From positions 3,592,587 to 3,656,586 of the forward strand of contig CM120648.1 in NCBI GenBank assembly GCA_051362555.1: a stretch of 64,000 nucleotides of DNA. The letters are read 5' to 3'. Shown piece by piece: positions 1 to 12,744 of this stretch (position 1 is the first letter of the stretch; the number at the start of each line of letters is the position of its first letter). Both the position numbers and the translations under genes were made by a program. The notes beneath the pieces are model-generated. The model made no database searches. It was not told the origin of the DNA and saw only the letters and a program-made list of their open reading frames with translations. Source of the stretch: Lingula anatina. Lineage: Eukaryota; Animalia; Brachiopoda.

Positions 1-979
1 CTGTTATAGTGAGAAATGACGACAGCAGTTTGGAGCTTCCGAACGTTTATTCACCGACTCTCGCTTCATACAACTTCACAAATATTTATATTCAATTTCT
101 CCGTACTGATCACGCATTTACTTGTTTTCTTTTCCATTGTCTTTACGTGATTACAAAATATTTTCCATTCGCATGTTGCAAGTCACTATGCAACATTTCC
201 TTATTAGGTAATCCCTAAGAAACTTGTTTTCAATTAAAGATATCTAAAATATTATTTGGATTACTCATGCTTGGACTTTATCCAAAACTCAGCTATCATG
301 TGATAAATAGATGATCAAAATTATTATATGTTATGAAATTAACCAATCACATTAACTGTTACTGACTTTGACCTTTTCCATCTTTTTCTGACACTAAAAA
401 CATGTTCTACACTTGTTGACTCTTGGAGAAACTTAACTTACACTCAATAACTATCTGTCCTTTTACTCTTTTGATTCCGCTTTAATTGTTATCTGTAATT
501 AGTAAAAGTGTAAGTAATTTGCTTTACAACAGGCATAAAAGGAATAATAACTCTTCACGTGGTATTCGAAATTCCACAATACATCAACTTACTTTGAATG
601 TGGAAATAGATTCATTAACCTTTGGAAAGTATAGGTAAATTGCCATTTACGTCCAGGAAATCCTCTTTATCGCATGTTTTCCCCCAAAATGAACAGTTGC
701 CATTCCTTGGAGTATCTATTTCTCTCTCCCTGTATCGCTCCCTGGAGTGTACATATGTTATTATTGGTATACTGTCTGTCCAGCTGAGCGCCACACAGTC
801 TCTTAGCATCTTTATTAGACCCCTCACCGTGAATTCACTGGGTGGTCAGCCATCACCGCTCCACCACCACAGAGAGCAGACGGTTTGATTGTCTCCAGTC
901 GCTCTTTAGTACCGTGTACAAGGTACATCGGCGACCAGCTTTATGATTGATTGATCGGTTAGGTAAGCTAATGGTAGTA

Positions 980-981
<2 letters not shown>

Positions 982-1031
<50 letters not shown>
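982..1031. repeat. (TA)n microsatellite
   Basis: Direct reading. Confidence 0.95.
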
Positions 1032-1034
<3 letters not shown>

Positions 1035-1050
1035 GGGTAGGATAACATGA

Positions 1051-1224
1051 CAGGAGCGGATTCAGAGATATTTTCTGACAGTCTTCCAAATGATCTTTGT
1101 TGCTCCGTTCTTCATTTTTGACCGTCTTCCGACAGAAAAAATTACATAGGCCTACCCGTCAATGTAAACTTGAAAATCTGACCGTCTTCTGGAAGACCCA
1201 GAAGACGCCCTGAAACCGCCCCTG
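1051..1224. mobile_element. MITE family A (CAGGGGCGG termini), copy 1
   Basis: Termini CAGGAGCGG...CCGCCCCTG. A reverse-complement homologue lies at 29530-29697. Confidence 0.75.
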
Positions 1225-1233
1225 ACATGGGGA

Positions 1234-1270
1234 GTAGGGTAGGGTAGGGTAGGGTAGGGTAGGGTAGGGT
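1234..1270. repeat. (TAGGG)n microsatellite (G-quadruplex-capable)
   Basis: Direct reading; about 7 units. Confidence 0.9.
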
Positions 1271-2320
1271 GGGGTTTATTTAGCTTAGGGTAGGGCAGGA
1301 TAGGGTATCGTATAATGGAATAACTTGGCTTTCGCAGCTGACTCTGGTTTACAATTATATTGGGTATCGAGTAGAGAATCACATGAAATTATATTCTGGA
1401 CAGTATTCGTGTTTAGGGACAAGTTGAGTAAACAACATCTGATAAAAGAGACATAGAATTCAAAATAAGCAGAGCCTTAAGTCGCGGACGCCTACGCGGA
1501 CGCCTACGTCTATGAATATTTGCCCCACCCGGGTTACATGTATTATGCCGTCCAGTTTATTTTTTAGTGAAAAATATTTTCGAACACTCCTAGCATAAGT
1601 TTACTATTACTCGATTGTTGTCGAACAGTTTCATTAGCTATGTTATTGTAATAGACTTGTGAAGATTATTTTGTCTATAGCTATTTATATTAGTTTGATC
1701 TTACCATCCAATATTTCATCTGCTTGCATTCAGATTTCATCAGGGAATGAGGTAGCTCCCAAATCGAAGCAGATTTGAGGCATGTTTGCGTACCTGTCAC
1801 AACCTCATTCCCTGATGAAATCTGACTGTGTTCAGTCCTTGTAAGAATCTTGATGGGATGCTGTTTGTTCGTGAAATTTTCTTTTGTCTTTCGTGTGGTT
1901 TTTAAATTAAAATTAAAATTGCTTGTTCTCCTGTTTTCTCCAGCTTCGTGCAACGGTTAGTGCGCGCTGCTTCTTCACATATCCTTTGGTGGCTATAAAA
2001 AAGCCGTCTAAACTATAATGCTAATTCTTTTCTTAACCCAAAATCGACTCAAGAGAGCGGTTTCTATTTCAACGGATTCAGAAATGTACTGGTACATGTT
2101 TGTGTGTATTTTACTGGTAACTAAAATGTTATGTTGCATGAAAAGAAATGGAAGAAAAAATTCATGATACCGGAGACGACAAACGTTGAGTTGTGTACCT
2201 CTCAGCTGCTGATTAAGGGTTTTTTATCTCCAAAAAGGAGATATCTACCTCACTTTTGTGATCTTTCGTCAGCAAATGGAGAATCATTGGTTTAATTAAC
2301 TCAGAACCGTGGTACTAAGC

Positions 2321-2432
2321 TACCCTCTACCAGGGTGACAGGTATTATGCACTGTAGGGAAATCTTGGAAAAGCCAGAGACAAATCTGTAAATATCTTGT
2401 GAAAAATCAATCTGTCGCTCTGGTAGAGGGTA
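2321..2432. mobile_element. Short MITE with TACCCTCTACCAG termini
   Basis: TACCCTCTACCAG...CTGGTAGAGGGTA. Related termini occur at 61898-62039. Confidence 0.6.
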
Positions 2433-2749
2433 GTATTAGACCGGCTTTACCATATAGACAGGAACTACTGGTATGCCAAAGTTTTATGAGGAATGTGTTA
2501 ATTTCCACTGGAATGCAAACATTGGAGAGATAACTTGTTTGTATTCTATAAACCCAACGTTCATACATGTATATACATGTATATTGAGTCCTTGTTGTTT
2601 TGCGTGGAAGCACCATAGTACATGGTTCTGGTACAAAGTACAAGTTAGGGCTTGTTGTTTGAGTTGGATGCTTAGGTGGAACTATGGCAACCTACTGGTA
2701 TGTTAACCGTCGTCATGGCTCCGATATCACACGACAAGCTGGGAATCAG

Positions 2750-2896
2750 GGCCCCGTAGTTCGAAAGCATCGAGCATTGCGACCGAGGGCAAGCGTCTCG
2801 ATTCCATAACTCGCCCATACTCGCCCCGTATGATACAATGTAGCCTCTTTGTGATATCGCTATTCGCAATACTCGATGCTTTCGAGTTACGTGGCC
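2750..2896. mobile_element. MITE-like inverted-repeat element upstream of the GPCR
   Basis: Imperfect TIR of about 33 bp: GGCCCCGTAGTTCGAAAGCATCGAGCATTGCGA...TCGCAATACTCGATGCTTTCGAGTTACGTGGCC. Confidence 0.7.
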
Positions 2897-3656
2897 ATGG
2901 CCTGTGTCTACCGTCTACCTAGAGCCATTGATTAAATAATGTGCACTTTTCTTCATCGCCAGATTTGAGTCATGAATTGGCCAGGAACTATCTTTAAATA
3001 TATAGTGTAAATTTATATAATCCGTGGCCCTAGAAGAGGATACATGTACATATACATGTAGCCTGTGTCTAGTTTTCTTTAAGGCAAGATGCTTTTCTTG
3101 TCGCAAGGGAAACGAAAATTGATACGATGCCAACGTGAGAGCATGCACTGTGTTAGATTGGATAGAGTTTCATCAGTTTTTTCCTTTTTGTTAACATGCT
3201 TGAAAAAGGGCTGAAAATCTACAGTGTCGCACATAGTGTCCACGCAATCTGTACTTGAAATCGGCATTAGGCCTTCACATTTATATGTCAATTGTTTACA
3301 ATAATTTTACTTTGTTTTCAGACGCTAACATTCAGCTAAACGATCAGGAAACAAGACGTCCAATGGATAAACCCGAGTAACACAGTGTTATGAGACCGGC
3401 CTATATGAAACTGTAGAACTTGGAGAAAACAAAGAAAAAAAAGGGAAAAAAAACAAACAACGGAAAGATCTTTGTTCTGCAAAAATGAAAATAATATAAT
3501 ATAGCAAGTTATTTCAAGGCAAATGTAGTTCCGGTTCCTGTCGTACGTTTTTATATTGTACATGTAACTGCAGGCCCAAGGAATCAAGACGGGAAAAAAC
3601 CCAAACGTTGCTTAAAGAAAAGAAAATCAACGGCCAAGCACAAACCAAGTCTTACA

Positions 3657-4796
3657 ATGTCCGATCCTGTCAACTTGACGTACGTGACAAACGTCACCAT
3701 TAACGGGTCAAGCGGTGACACAACAGAAACTGGACAAAATGACCCTGAAACAACCTTGCAAATCGTTACTGCGGCAGTATTAGTAATTGTCACGGTGGTG
3801 GGAATTTTCGGGAACTCTCTTGTCTTGCTGGTGATCTTCACGGAGAGTTCCATGCGCACTGTGGCCAATATATTGTTCTTCAATCTAGCATTGTCCGACC
3901 TAATGTTTGTGATCGTGTGTTGCCCAGTTTTATTACTGGACCTGTTTGGAGTTCAATTACCAACATTTGTCTGCAAAACTGGGTTTTACTTGTTGTATAG
4001 CACGGTTGCGGTCAGCATATACTCAATAGTTGCCATCTGCTTGTTTCGATGCCTGGCAACGTCCAATCCTTTAAAATCTGCCTCGATTTTGACGAAGAAG
4101 AATGCAACACTCACTAGTGGCGCAATCTGGGTTTTTGCGCTTTCTATCAACATCCCTTATGCTGTGTATTTTAAATCCTATGATGATGGGGGATGCACAG
4201 ACGATGTCCCAGAATTTCCGGAGGGGTTTTTCGAAGGGCTGGCCATCTTCAAGTTTGTTATGAATTTTGCCCTACCGTCATTTGCGATTGTCGTTTTATC
4301 GGTCCTGATTGTCGTCGTGATGCGTCGACATGACAGGCTGCGCGCAGCAGCACGAAAGAATGGCAGCTACAGTGAAGGGAGCATCGCTGAGACGAAGAAA
4401 GTCGTTTTTGTCGTAGCTGTAGTGGTTTTGGTGTTTGAAATTTGTTGGGCACCTAGCAATATATGGAGTCTTCTTCGCAACATGGGGGTCGAAATCAAAG
4501 CGCCTCCTGAGTTGTTTCGGGTTTTCACGCTTTTGTCATTCAGTAATTCTGCAGTAAATCCCATAATTTACAATTTTGCTTCAGCCGATTTCAGACGAGA
4601 ATTTCGGCGCATTTTTTATCGTTGTCTGTGTAAAAAGAAAATAGGTAAACTCGGCACTGCGGGCAATACGAATTTGTATTCGAGCACCGATTCGACGTTT
4701 GTTAATAATGCAGACAAAAGGAAGAGCGACAATGAGGGCGTTGAATCGCATCCTCTTGTTGTTCACAAACAAAATTCAGACAGTCAAAAAATTTGA
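3657..4796 (+). CDS. Class A (rhodopsin-like) GPCR, peptide-receptor-like (galanin/allatostatin-A/somatostatin-receptor neighbourhood), single coding exon, 379 aa
   Basis: Seven hydrophobic segments. Motifs: TM1 GIFGN, TM2 NLALSDL, TM3 Cys (FVCK) with an ECL2 Cys (DDGGC), TM4 W, TM5 FALP, TM6 CWAP, TM7 NSAVNPIIY, helix 8 FRREFRR, and N-terminal N-glycosylation sequons (NLT, NVT, NGS). The DRY position reads FRC. A candidate acceptor (ttttcag at about 3314-3320) suggests an intron in the 5' UTR. The ligand class is an inference. Confidence 0.93.
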   Translation: MSDPVNLTYVTNVTINGSSGDTTETGQNDPETTLQIVTAAVLVIVTVVGIFGNSLVLLVIFTESSMRTVANILFFNLALSDLMFVIVCCPVLLLDLFGVQLPTFVCKTGFYLLYSTVAVSIYSIVAICLFRCLATSNPLKSASILTKKNATLTSGAIWVFALSINIPYAVYFKSYDDGGCTDDVPEFPEGFFEGLAIFKFVMNFALPSFAIVVLSVLIVVVMRRHDRLRAAARKNGSYSEGSIAETKKVVFVVAVVVLVFEICWAPSNIWSLLRNMGVEIKAPPELFRVFTLLSFSNSAVNPIIYNFASADFRREFRRIFYRCLCKKKIGKLGTAGNTNLYSSTDSTFVNNADKRKSDNEGVESHPLVVHKQNSDSQKI

Positions 4797-5505
4797 ATAT
4801 GGGGGGGGGGGGGGGGGGGGTTTAATTGGAGAAAGTGGAAAATTCTATTCCCCTAGTGGCCCAACTGAAGAAATGACATAAACCTACGTCATAAAGGACT
4901 TTTTCAGCCAAAAAGGCTGTTCTTTTAAACTAGACTAGAATGAAAACGGAACTTTGACCTGATTTTACACGATAACATTACACTGACATTTAAGGTACCA
5001 GTAGGGCCTACTCAACTAAGGTAGTGACTATATACACCTGCATCTGTAAATTGTAGGCCAACATCTACCTACAGGTAGGCTATCTACCGGGTACCTATTT
5101 AGAATGATAAACGTTGTGTAGTTTCTAATAATTGCCCCTTGCCCCTTTTTATGACTTCTTCATTCAAAAAAGTAAAGCATTTTATATAGATGAACCGGTG
5201 GAGTGGAATAAGCTGTCGCTTTATGGGAGATAAATATTATCACTGGATTCATTTAAAAAGCAGCTGAAAAAACAGTTTAAAATGTTTATTCATGAATTTG
5301 TTTATATTTTTAAAATGTTCAACAATTTATTGATAATATGAAGTTTTTTTAGCGTGTATATGTTTTTTAAATGTTATTTTTGTGGTCATATTAAACATAC
5401 GTGTAGCTGCTGTAAAGGTTTTGCGCATGTTTTTTTAGAAATCTGGTGGAGTGTTATTAACACAGTTTTATGGATTTTACTGGTAAACTTTGAATGCATA
5501 TTTTA

Positions 5506-5549
<44 letters not shown>

Positions 5550-6580
5550 GGTCCACGTGGTCCGATGGCAAACACATATTTCAGAATGATTTTGATAATC
5601 GCCATTTTGGTGGTAAAATGGAATTTATTATATTTCTGTGTTGTTTACAATGTATTTACTGCTAAATTTTAAATCTCATATAAAGATTTGTTATCTCCTT
5701 TATGTCGCCTTGTTTGTAGAACACTCACAGTGCTCTTATACTGACGAGTATATTTTCATATATACAAGAGACGTTCAGTGTTCAGTAGGCAGAATGAGTT
5801 TATTGCCTGTTGTTAAACCTTTTGTGATATTAAACTGTCTATCCTAAATAATTTTTTGTGGGTCAAAATTTCAACGGGTGTTAAGTTGCTAATTGTTCAA
5901 GTTTTAAAGGATTTGCAGAGAAGATGAAAGGACTGCGAAAATTGATTTGATGTGAACTTCTCTCCCAAATTGGCTCCTAGGAACATCAAATCTGAAATTT
6001 GACCGTGATGGAATTCTCCATACTACGTACATCTGCTTCTCTATTCATTTAATACTAAAAGGGAAATCATTATTTCAAACAAAAATTCATGCAGATCGAG
6101 TTGCTCCCCTTTCGAAAACCAAAAAAAAAAAGTTTCGAAAAAAAAAATTAAAGCGCACGAGCAGCGGGTTAATCAAATGTACCGTAACACTATCAAAAAG
6201 TGTTCGAATAAATACAGGATATTAACAGACAAATCCAAAACCATTTAGGTATCAAGGGAAATAAAAAACTGAACATTGGTCTCCAATGATGAAACAGAAC
6301 TCGTCTGAAATTCCACACAGTCAAATTTTATCCTGAGAAACTCCTGTATTTCTTAATTCAGACCTTAAAGATGATAAAACCCCCTAAATAAAAGTATATC
6401 TAAAGCGTGCTTTGTGTAGTAATTGTTTTCTAGGTCTTCTCTGGTAGCCATGTCAGCTCGCAACATCTGTATTAGACACGACACAGGACCCGCACTGTGA
6501 TGCAAAACACCGACGTCGTGACGTGACAAACAAAACCTTGCTCGGTGAAGGTCAGGAATGTAGATGTCGTCTTAGGCTCT

Positions 6581-6783
6581 ATTCCCATAGATTTTAGATC
6601 GATCTATCCCCGCGGGGAGTCTCACTAGATTACTTTCAGATAATCCGGCTTAAATGTCCGTCCCGCCTACTACAAGCTGTAAGGGGTTAATTAACTTTAG
6701 TGTCCGCCCGGCTGACAGCTATTTAGCGTGAATCCCCAGGGAGTTAGGTCGATCTAAAGTAGGTCGATCTAATCTATGGAAAT
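6581..6783. mobile_element. MITE family B (ATTCCCATAGAT termini), copy 1
   Basis: TIR ATTCCCATAGATT...AATCTATGGAAAT. An inverted homologue lies at 31301-31503, with diverged relatives at about 6990-7405 and 60128-60265. Confidence 0.75.
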
Positions 6784-6798
6784 GGGGTGTTAGATGGA

Positions 6799-6972
6799 AT
6801 TCAGAACAGCGGACTACCAGATCTGCAGATCAAATATGGCGACCCACTAAAAAGCTTGCCGCTTAATTTCCGATTAGGCACTGAACAAATTCCAAGCGGG
6901 GATAAAGTAACAAGCATTCAAGTGGGTCGGCCATTTTTGATCCGCAGATCTGGTAGTCCGCTGTTCTGAATG
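6799..6972. mobile_element. MITE-like element with TIR of about 30 bp
   Basis: ATTCAGAACAGCGGACTACCAGATCTGC(A)GATCAAA...TTTGATCCGCAGATCTGGTAGTCCGCTGTTCTGAAT. Confidence 0.7.
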
Positions 6973-7083
6973 CGCCCTCTAAACTGCAATCAACTTAAGC
7001 GGCTTAGATGTCTGTCCCGCCCACTGAAGCTGATGGGGGTAATTAACTATCGCCTTGCAGCTTTAGGCGTGTCAGACATCTAA

Positions 7084-7325
7084 GGCTGCGCTCACATGAA
7101 AAATCTATTTTCTAAAAATCTATTTGCGGTATCTTGTGATCACGGTCTGTGCCCTGAATACCCCGCGGCGTAATTACTGGCAGCGCCGAGAATTAATTAC
7201 AGCTTTGGAAGTAACTGGCTCGCGCTGCCCGTAATTACGCCGTGGGGTATTCAGGGCACAAACCGTGATCACAAGATACCGCAAATAGATTTTTAGAAAA
7301 TAGATTTTTCATGTGAACGCAGCCT
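7084..7325. mobile_element. Young PIF/Harbinger (Tourist)-type MITE with TAA TSD, nested in an older family-B-related element
   Basis: Near-perfect inverted arms of about 100 bp starting GGCTGCG(C/T)TCACATGAAAAATC, with TAA on both sides. Removing it restores CAGACATCTAAGCCGCTTAAG. Confidence 0.85.
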
Positions 7326-10072
7326 AAGCCGCTTAAGCTGAAACAATTTAGCGAGAAACTCCGTGGAGATGAACCAATCCTGTTAGATCGATCTAGCTAT
7401 GGGAACCCAGTAATAGGCCTAGTCTCTGGAGTCCATCATACAAGTAAATAGGTTCGGGGAACCATTACTGAAAAACGAAGGGGTGAGGAGGATTCAAATT
7501 AATTATACATGCACACAGCAGTGACACTAACATGATTTCATGCACAGGGGATGCTTTGAGGAAATCGGCCATAATATCTCCGTAAAAAATCAAATTCGGC
7601 TGTAGGAATAATTGGCATGTTTTTCGTCATTTTTGAGTAAATTTGTAAAAAAAAAAAATAATAATAACATTTTAAGGGATTGAATTCCACACTCGATTCG
7701 AAGGACATGTCCAACGACCTGTGGATTTGGCCCTTGGAATTACGTTCACCCCCCACCCCCCCCCCCCCCCCCCCCCTCATACGGATAATTACAATGGGAC
7801 ACAGCCACACAGTAAAAGGAACTGCGCTAGGCAGTCAATTAATATGAAGCGCATTGCTTGGTCAATAGTGTCGACTCCACGATTAAATGACGTAAGGTGA
7901 TGCACACCGTTTGATATTTGATTAATCCTCGGTTTTCAGTGGCTTTCTCTCAATGTTCAGCGGCTCCCTGCTGTTATCGGCATTGACCGAACTAACACCA
8001 TCCGTGTTTTTCTTGTGTTGTCTTAACTATGGCTTTACAGCTTGTATTCAATACTACAATATTTAAGCATTTTTAAAGGATTTTAGGGTAAATAAATATC
8101 ATTTGTAAAACGTTAATCAGCAACACCGATACAAACCATTGACGATCGCAATCAGATAGAGAATACCGTTTCTCTATGCAATTCTGATCAGTTCAGAAGC
8201 TGAACTTTCCCTCGACTTGACGAATAGTCTCCGGAGAGTAACCAGCTCAACACATTCGTCCGCTTTGTCACTCTGAATTGCAAGTGTATCACTTATTTAT
8301 GAATCAATTATCCAGACGGTAAAAGCCTGTTATTGGGATTGCTGTGATTATGAACCGACCAGTAGCTGACAAACTTGCACCGGCGCTGAGTAATCCGATC
8401 AGAAACACAGAATAAAAATTTTGGTATATACCAAAACTTTGAAAAGACATCACTGGAGTGAAGAGATCCTTATTCTTGTGCTTCCATATTAAATCAGTTT
8501 GGTTAACTTCCAAATCTCGATCGAATTTCATCTTTTTTCTTAAAGCGATATTTATCGTATACGACCGCAAAAACAGTAAGCCGTACGAGACAAAGGTAGT
8601 CTGTGTGCAGCACAGTTACGTCACATCACTGTGATGGCGTCATATCACGCGGTTACGTCACAAGGATCAGGTGCCCACCAAAGCACATCTTGACGGAATA
8701 TTTGTCCATTAGCTTTAAGTATGGCGCGCTTTCTTCTATGAAAATAGAAGATATCTTTTATACTGTTATATGAAATGAAAACATATTTCATGACTGAAAT
8801 AAATTTCCTAATCAAAAAGACAAACTAGACGCATGCCTTAGAATGTACTTCTTATTTTTATTTCTATAATTTTGATGAACAAGACAATTTTAGTTTTAAT
8901 ATCGAAACAAAGTAGTAGTACTAAAATTTTATAACTGTACGTATTAATTATGATAAAGCGAACAAAACACATAAATGTGTAGTTTCAATTAAAGCAAAAA
9001 ATTTAAAGTAAATAAAAGTGCTAAATTCAAATCACTAATAAACTCATACACTGTAACAATTAATGGTTACCACTGAGTCGACAATATAGCAGAAAACCTT
9101 GAAGCTGTAACCAATACTAATGAAAGCAAATGTAAGCCGAAGGTAATGAACATTTTTATGTGTAAAAACACTAAAGTAAATCAATCAAGTAAACATAATT
9201 CATTAATTAGCTATAGTACGTAGAAAATATATAACAGGACCAAGAAAAGTTGGTTGACGAGCGAGAAAAAAACTTTATTATTATTTTCAAAAGGGGGGTT
9301 CTTTTTGCAGAAAAAAGTGAACCTATTACAATGAAACTTTTGCGGACCTAGATCAAACTTTACCCAGAATGGACCTTTCCCTGATAAAAAGGGTGTTTCT
9401 TTAGAACACCCCACCCCCTCCCAGCTATGGGCCTGCAGTTGGAACTAGACAAGCACCTTGTTTTTTTCTTCTTCACACATACAGACACAGTAGCACAGCG
9501 CTGGCTTAATAACCATCTACGTACAGACAGTACAATTTAATTGAATTAACGCCTATTTTCCGACACCGCCACTCATTGAAGGCAATATGCACAAGCACAC
9601 ATATTAATTCAGTTCATGCGAAACTGGATTCTCCCTGGCCGATTAAAGCCGCCCATATTAGATTAACACTCATTAAGTCTTACATAACGCACATATAATT
9701 CCTGACAGGTTGGAAACACTGATCTGCCAGGGGGATACACACTCTGTCCTGGCAAACACAATTGCTCTGATGATTCAGGCCCACTGGGGCCTTGCAACCA
9801 GTCAAGGAAGCACTGACCGCACTGCCCATTAAAGTAGTATACAAAATGAAAGTAATTTTGTAACAGACACTTAATTAGTGGACCAGTGTGGTCAGACAGA
9901 AGTCGGCCACTGCCCTGTGAGGGCCAGTAGTCACGAGCTCAGTCTCTGGACAAAAGCACAGTGTAGCTGCAGAACAATTTGAAGCTTATATAATCAGTGG
10001 ACAAAACCTCCTGGTAAGTTGTTTAATGAAAAAAAATAAATAAATAAAAGAAGTAAAATGCATACAGACAGG

Positions 10073-10074
10073 AA

Positions 10075-10121
<47 letters not shown>

Positions 10122-10148
10122 AATTAAATAAATAAATAAATAAATAAA
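10073..10148. repeat. (AAAT)n microsatellite
   Basis: Direct reading. Confidence 0.9.
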
Positions 10149-11425
10149 GCATGAACAGCTGACCTTATAACAAGTTGAAAAAACCTTCATTGTACATATT
10201 ATGAAGAACCAAGCACCAAATGGATAACAGTAATTGATTACCTGCTACATTATAATGACTAGATATGCATCTCAAACACCAGAACCTGATGACTGATCCT
10301 GAATATTGCTTTCTAACTGGTGCATGTGTGTGCGTGTATTTGTGTGTGTGTGTGTGTTTGTGTGTGTACGCATGCCAGTTAAAATGTAAACGGGACACAA
10401 AAATCACATTTCACGATGACCTTCAATTGATACATCCAAATTTCACACACCCTATTCTGGGAAACTCATGTAGAATATAATAACTGTGGATATACAAGTA
10501 CAAAGCATGCTGTTTGTAAGCCTGAATACGTGAAAAAACTAGTGAAAAATTAAAAGAGAAATGTTTATAATCAATACCTTAGATTAAGGAGATCAGCCAG
10601 TGCTACAATTTATGCCTAGCGGTCATGGCAACATTGAGACAATCTCGCCTCCCTGGGGAGCATACATGAATAGCCTACAAGTAGTGGTGTAACTGGTCCT
10701 AAGAATTATCATCCCCAATAACTGCTTTATCCTCTACCATATACTTTTTTTTATGTTTCCAATTTGTTGATTCCTACTTACATTAAAAAAAAAAAACTAG
10801 ATTATGTTCTCCATTTATCAATCGATTGGGTTTTTAATGAAAATATTAAGATTAACAGTAGCTACTGTACATGGCGCATGTTGAAAATTGAGCACAGTGC
10901 TCAAGCACAACCAGTAGCAATGCTGTCACACCTAACACACTGCAATGCCAGCAAACGTCACGATACATGAGGGCACACCTATAGCACTGTAATATTGAAC
11001 ATAAAAATACAAATCAAATGCACTAAATATCTGCAAAATGTCAAATGGCACACAAATCCGTCAAATAAAGCATTTGACTCCATAATTAATATGTAAATAC
11101 TATCAACACTTATTTTTATTAATTCTCTATTACTTATTTTTTCACTGGTTTGTCCCATTTTGCTGTAATTTTAGAGTTTATGCAAAAAATATCAAATGTA
11201 CAGAAAATCAACAGTAACAAGTTTCTAGCTACATTTTGCTGTGATAATGATTAAGATATACAGCTACAGTTTTGGTTACAATTGCTGGAATTCTTTGATT
11301 GTGTGTCATCAACACCTCAACTTCAATTTGACAACAACAAATTCTTCACTGTGAAAATAAACTGAAAGAAAAAGTAATGATTTAACATGGATACTTTAAT
11401 AAATGCTTAACTAAATACAATATTT

Positions 11426-12744
11426 TCAATTTCTTTTCATCCTTAGCTCCTGTTGCCATGGAGCCAGCTTTTCTGCAGTTTCAGTCTCCTCTGCTGCCTG
11501 TCTCTTTCTCTGGAGCTCCCTCTCCTCTCTCTCCTTGGCTGCCCTGAAGTCCACAGAAAGTGTTTAACAGAAAAAATAAAGAATACAAAAACTTCTGACA
11601 GCAATATATTCAAGTTAACCTAACAGTGAATTTTAAACCAAATATAACCAACACAATATAAACAGTAAAGAAGTAAATCATATTCAAAGAGAGGAAGCCA
11701 GCAACTTTATATATATTTTTATTTATTTATTTAATTAATTAACTTTATATATTTATTTTTTGTTTTTTGGGGGGAAGCACAACTAACTTTTACTTGTTAT
11801 AGTTACTTTACTTACAAAACATGTATTTTTGAAGAAAAAAAACAACTTACAAAGCTTCCTTCTTTTCCACAAGAGCTCTCTTCCAAGGAGGCATGTTTTC
11901 ATACTTGGCACTATCCTACATTGGGTAAAAAAGTAGGCTCATAAGACACAACATGAAGCACTCTAATATGTGAACTCGAGCAAGTTGCACTTAAGTAAGT
12001 TATCAATAAATGTGCCAAATAATACTCAGACTATTATTAAGATATTTTCTCCCAGACCACTTGGATCAAAATGTTTTACATCTTGAAAGTGAAGATTTCT
12101 CACCTTGCATGAGACAGTAGATAGATCCACTTCATCTCTGACTTTAAAAATCACATTAATTTTTTAACAATTTCTACTGTATGAAAGCATCAATTATTCA
12201 CCCCTTTTTTCCCCGTGGGAAAAACCAAAACCTTACCAAATCAGCACCAATCCACGAGCAGGGTCAGAGCAGCCATGTCAGATATTAAAATAAATACAGT
12301 AGACCTAACTCAGATACACCCCACCCCATTAAATCAGGCACTCACTAAAATATACCAAATCTGGAAGTCCCATTCCTGTTTGACAATAAAGGGCCCATTC
12401 CCAATGAAAATACCATTCTACAAAGTTCAATCCAACTCTATGAATCAGAATCTACAAATCAAATGCCTGCTCTTGGCACTGAGGAGAATACAGAAAAGCT
12501 GGTGAATATACTATTCCATTGGAAACGAGGCAGAAGAATACAAATTATAATATAGTATACTTACTTTTTTCTGTATCAGACCAGAATTTGCCTTGTCTGC
12601 CATTTGCTTGGCCAGGACCTGTCGCTTCCAGGGTGGGATGTCCTTCCCCTCCTTGTCAGTGGTGGGAACCTCGCCCAGGAAGTCTTCTGCCTTGTAGGAT
12701 CCTGATGGTCTTGTATTGGAGTCAGTGCTGCCATCTCCTGGAGC
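11426..12744 (-). CDS. ESPN: Espin C-terminal actin-bundling module (3 exons: 12744-12565, 11915-11851, 11543-11426)
   Basis: Three PxW-K/Q motifs (IPPWKRQ, MPPWKRA, LAPWQQE) with a charged coiled-coil segment, as in the espin/forked ABM. Stop TGA at 11428-11426. Confidence 0.9.

Noticed and set aside
1234-1310. Telomere-like repeat
   Set aside because: The unit is TAGGG rather than TTAGGG, and the tract is short and next to a MITE. It is treated as a microsatellite.
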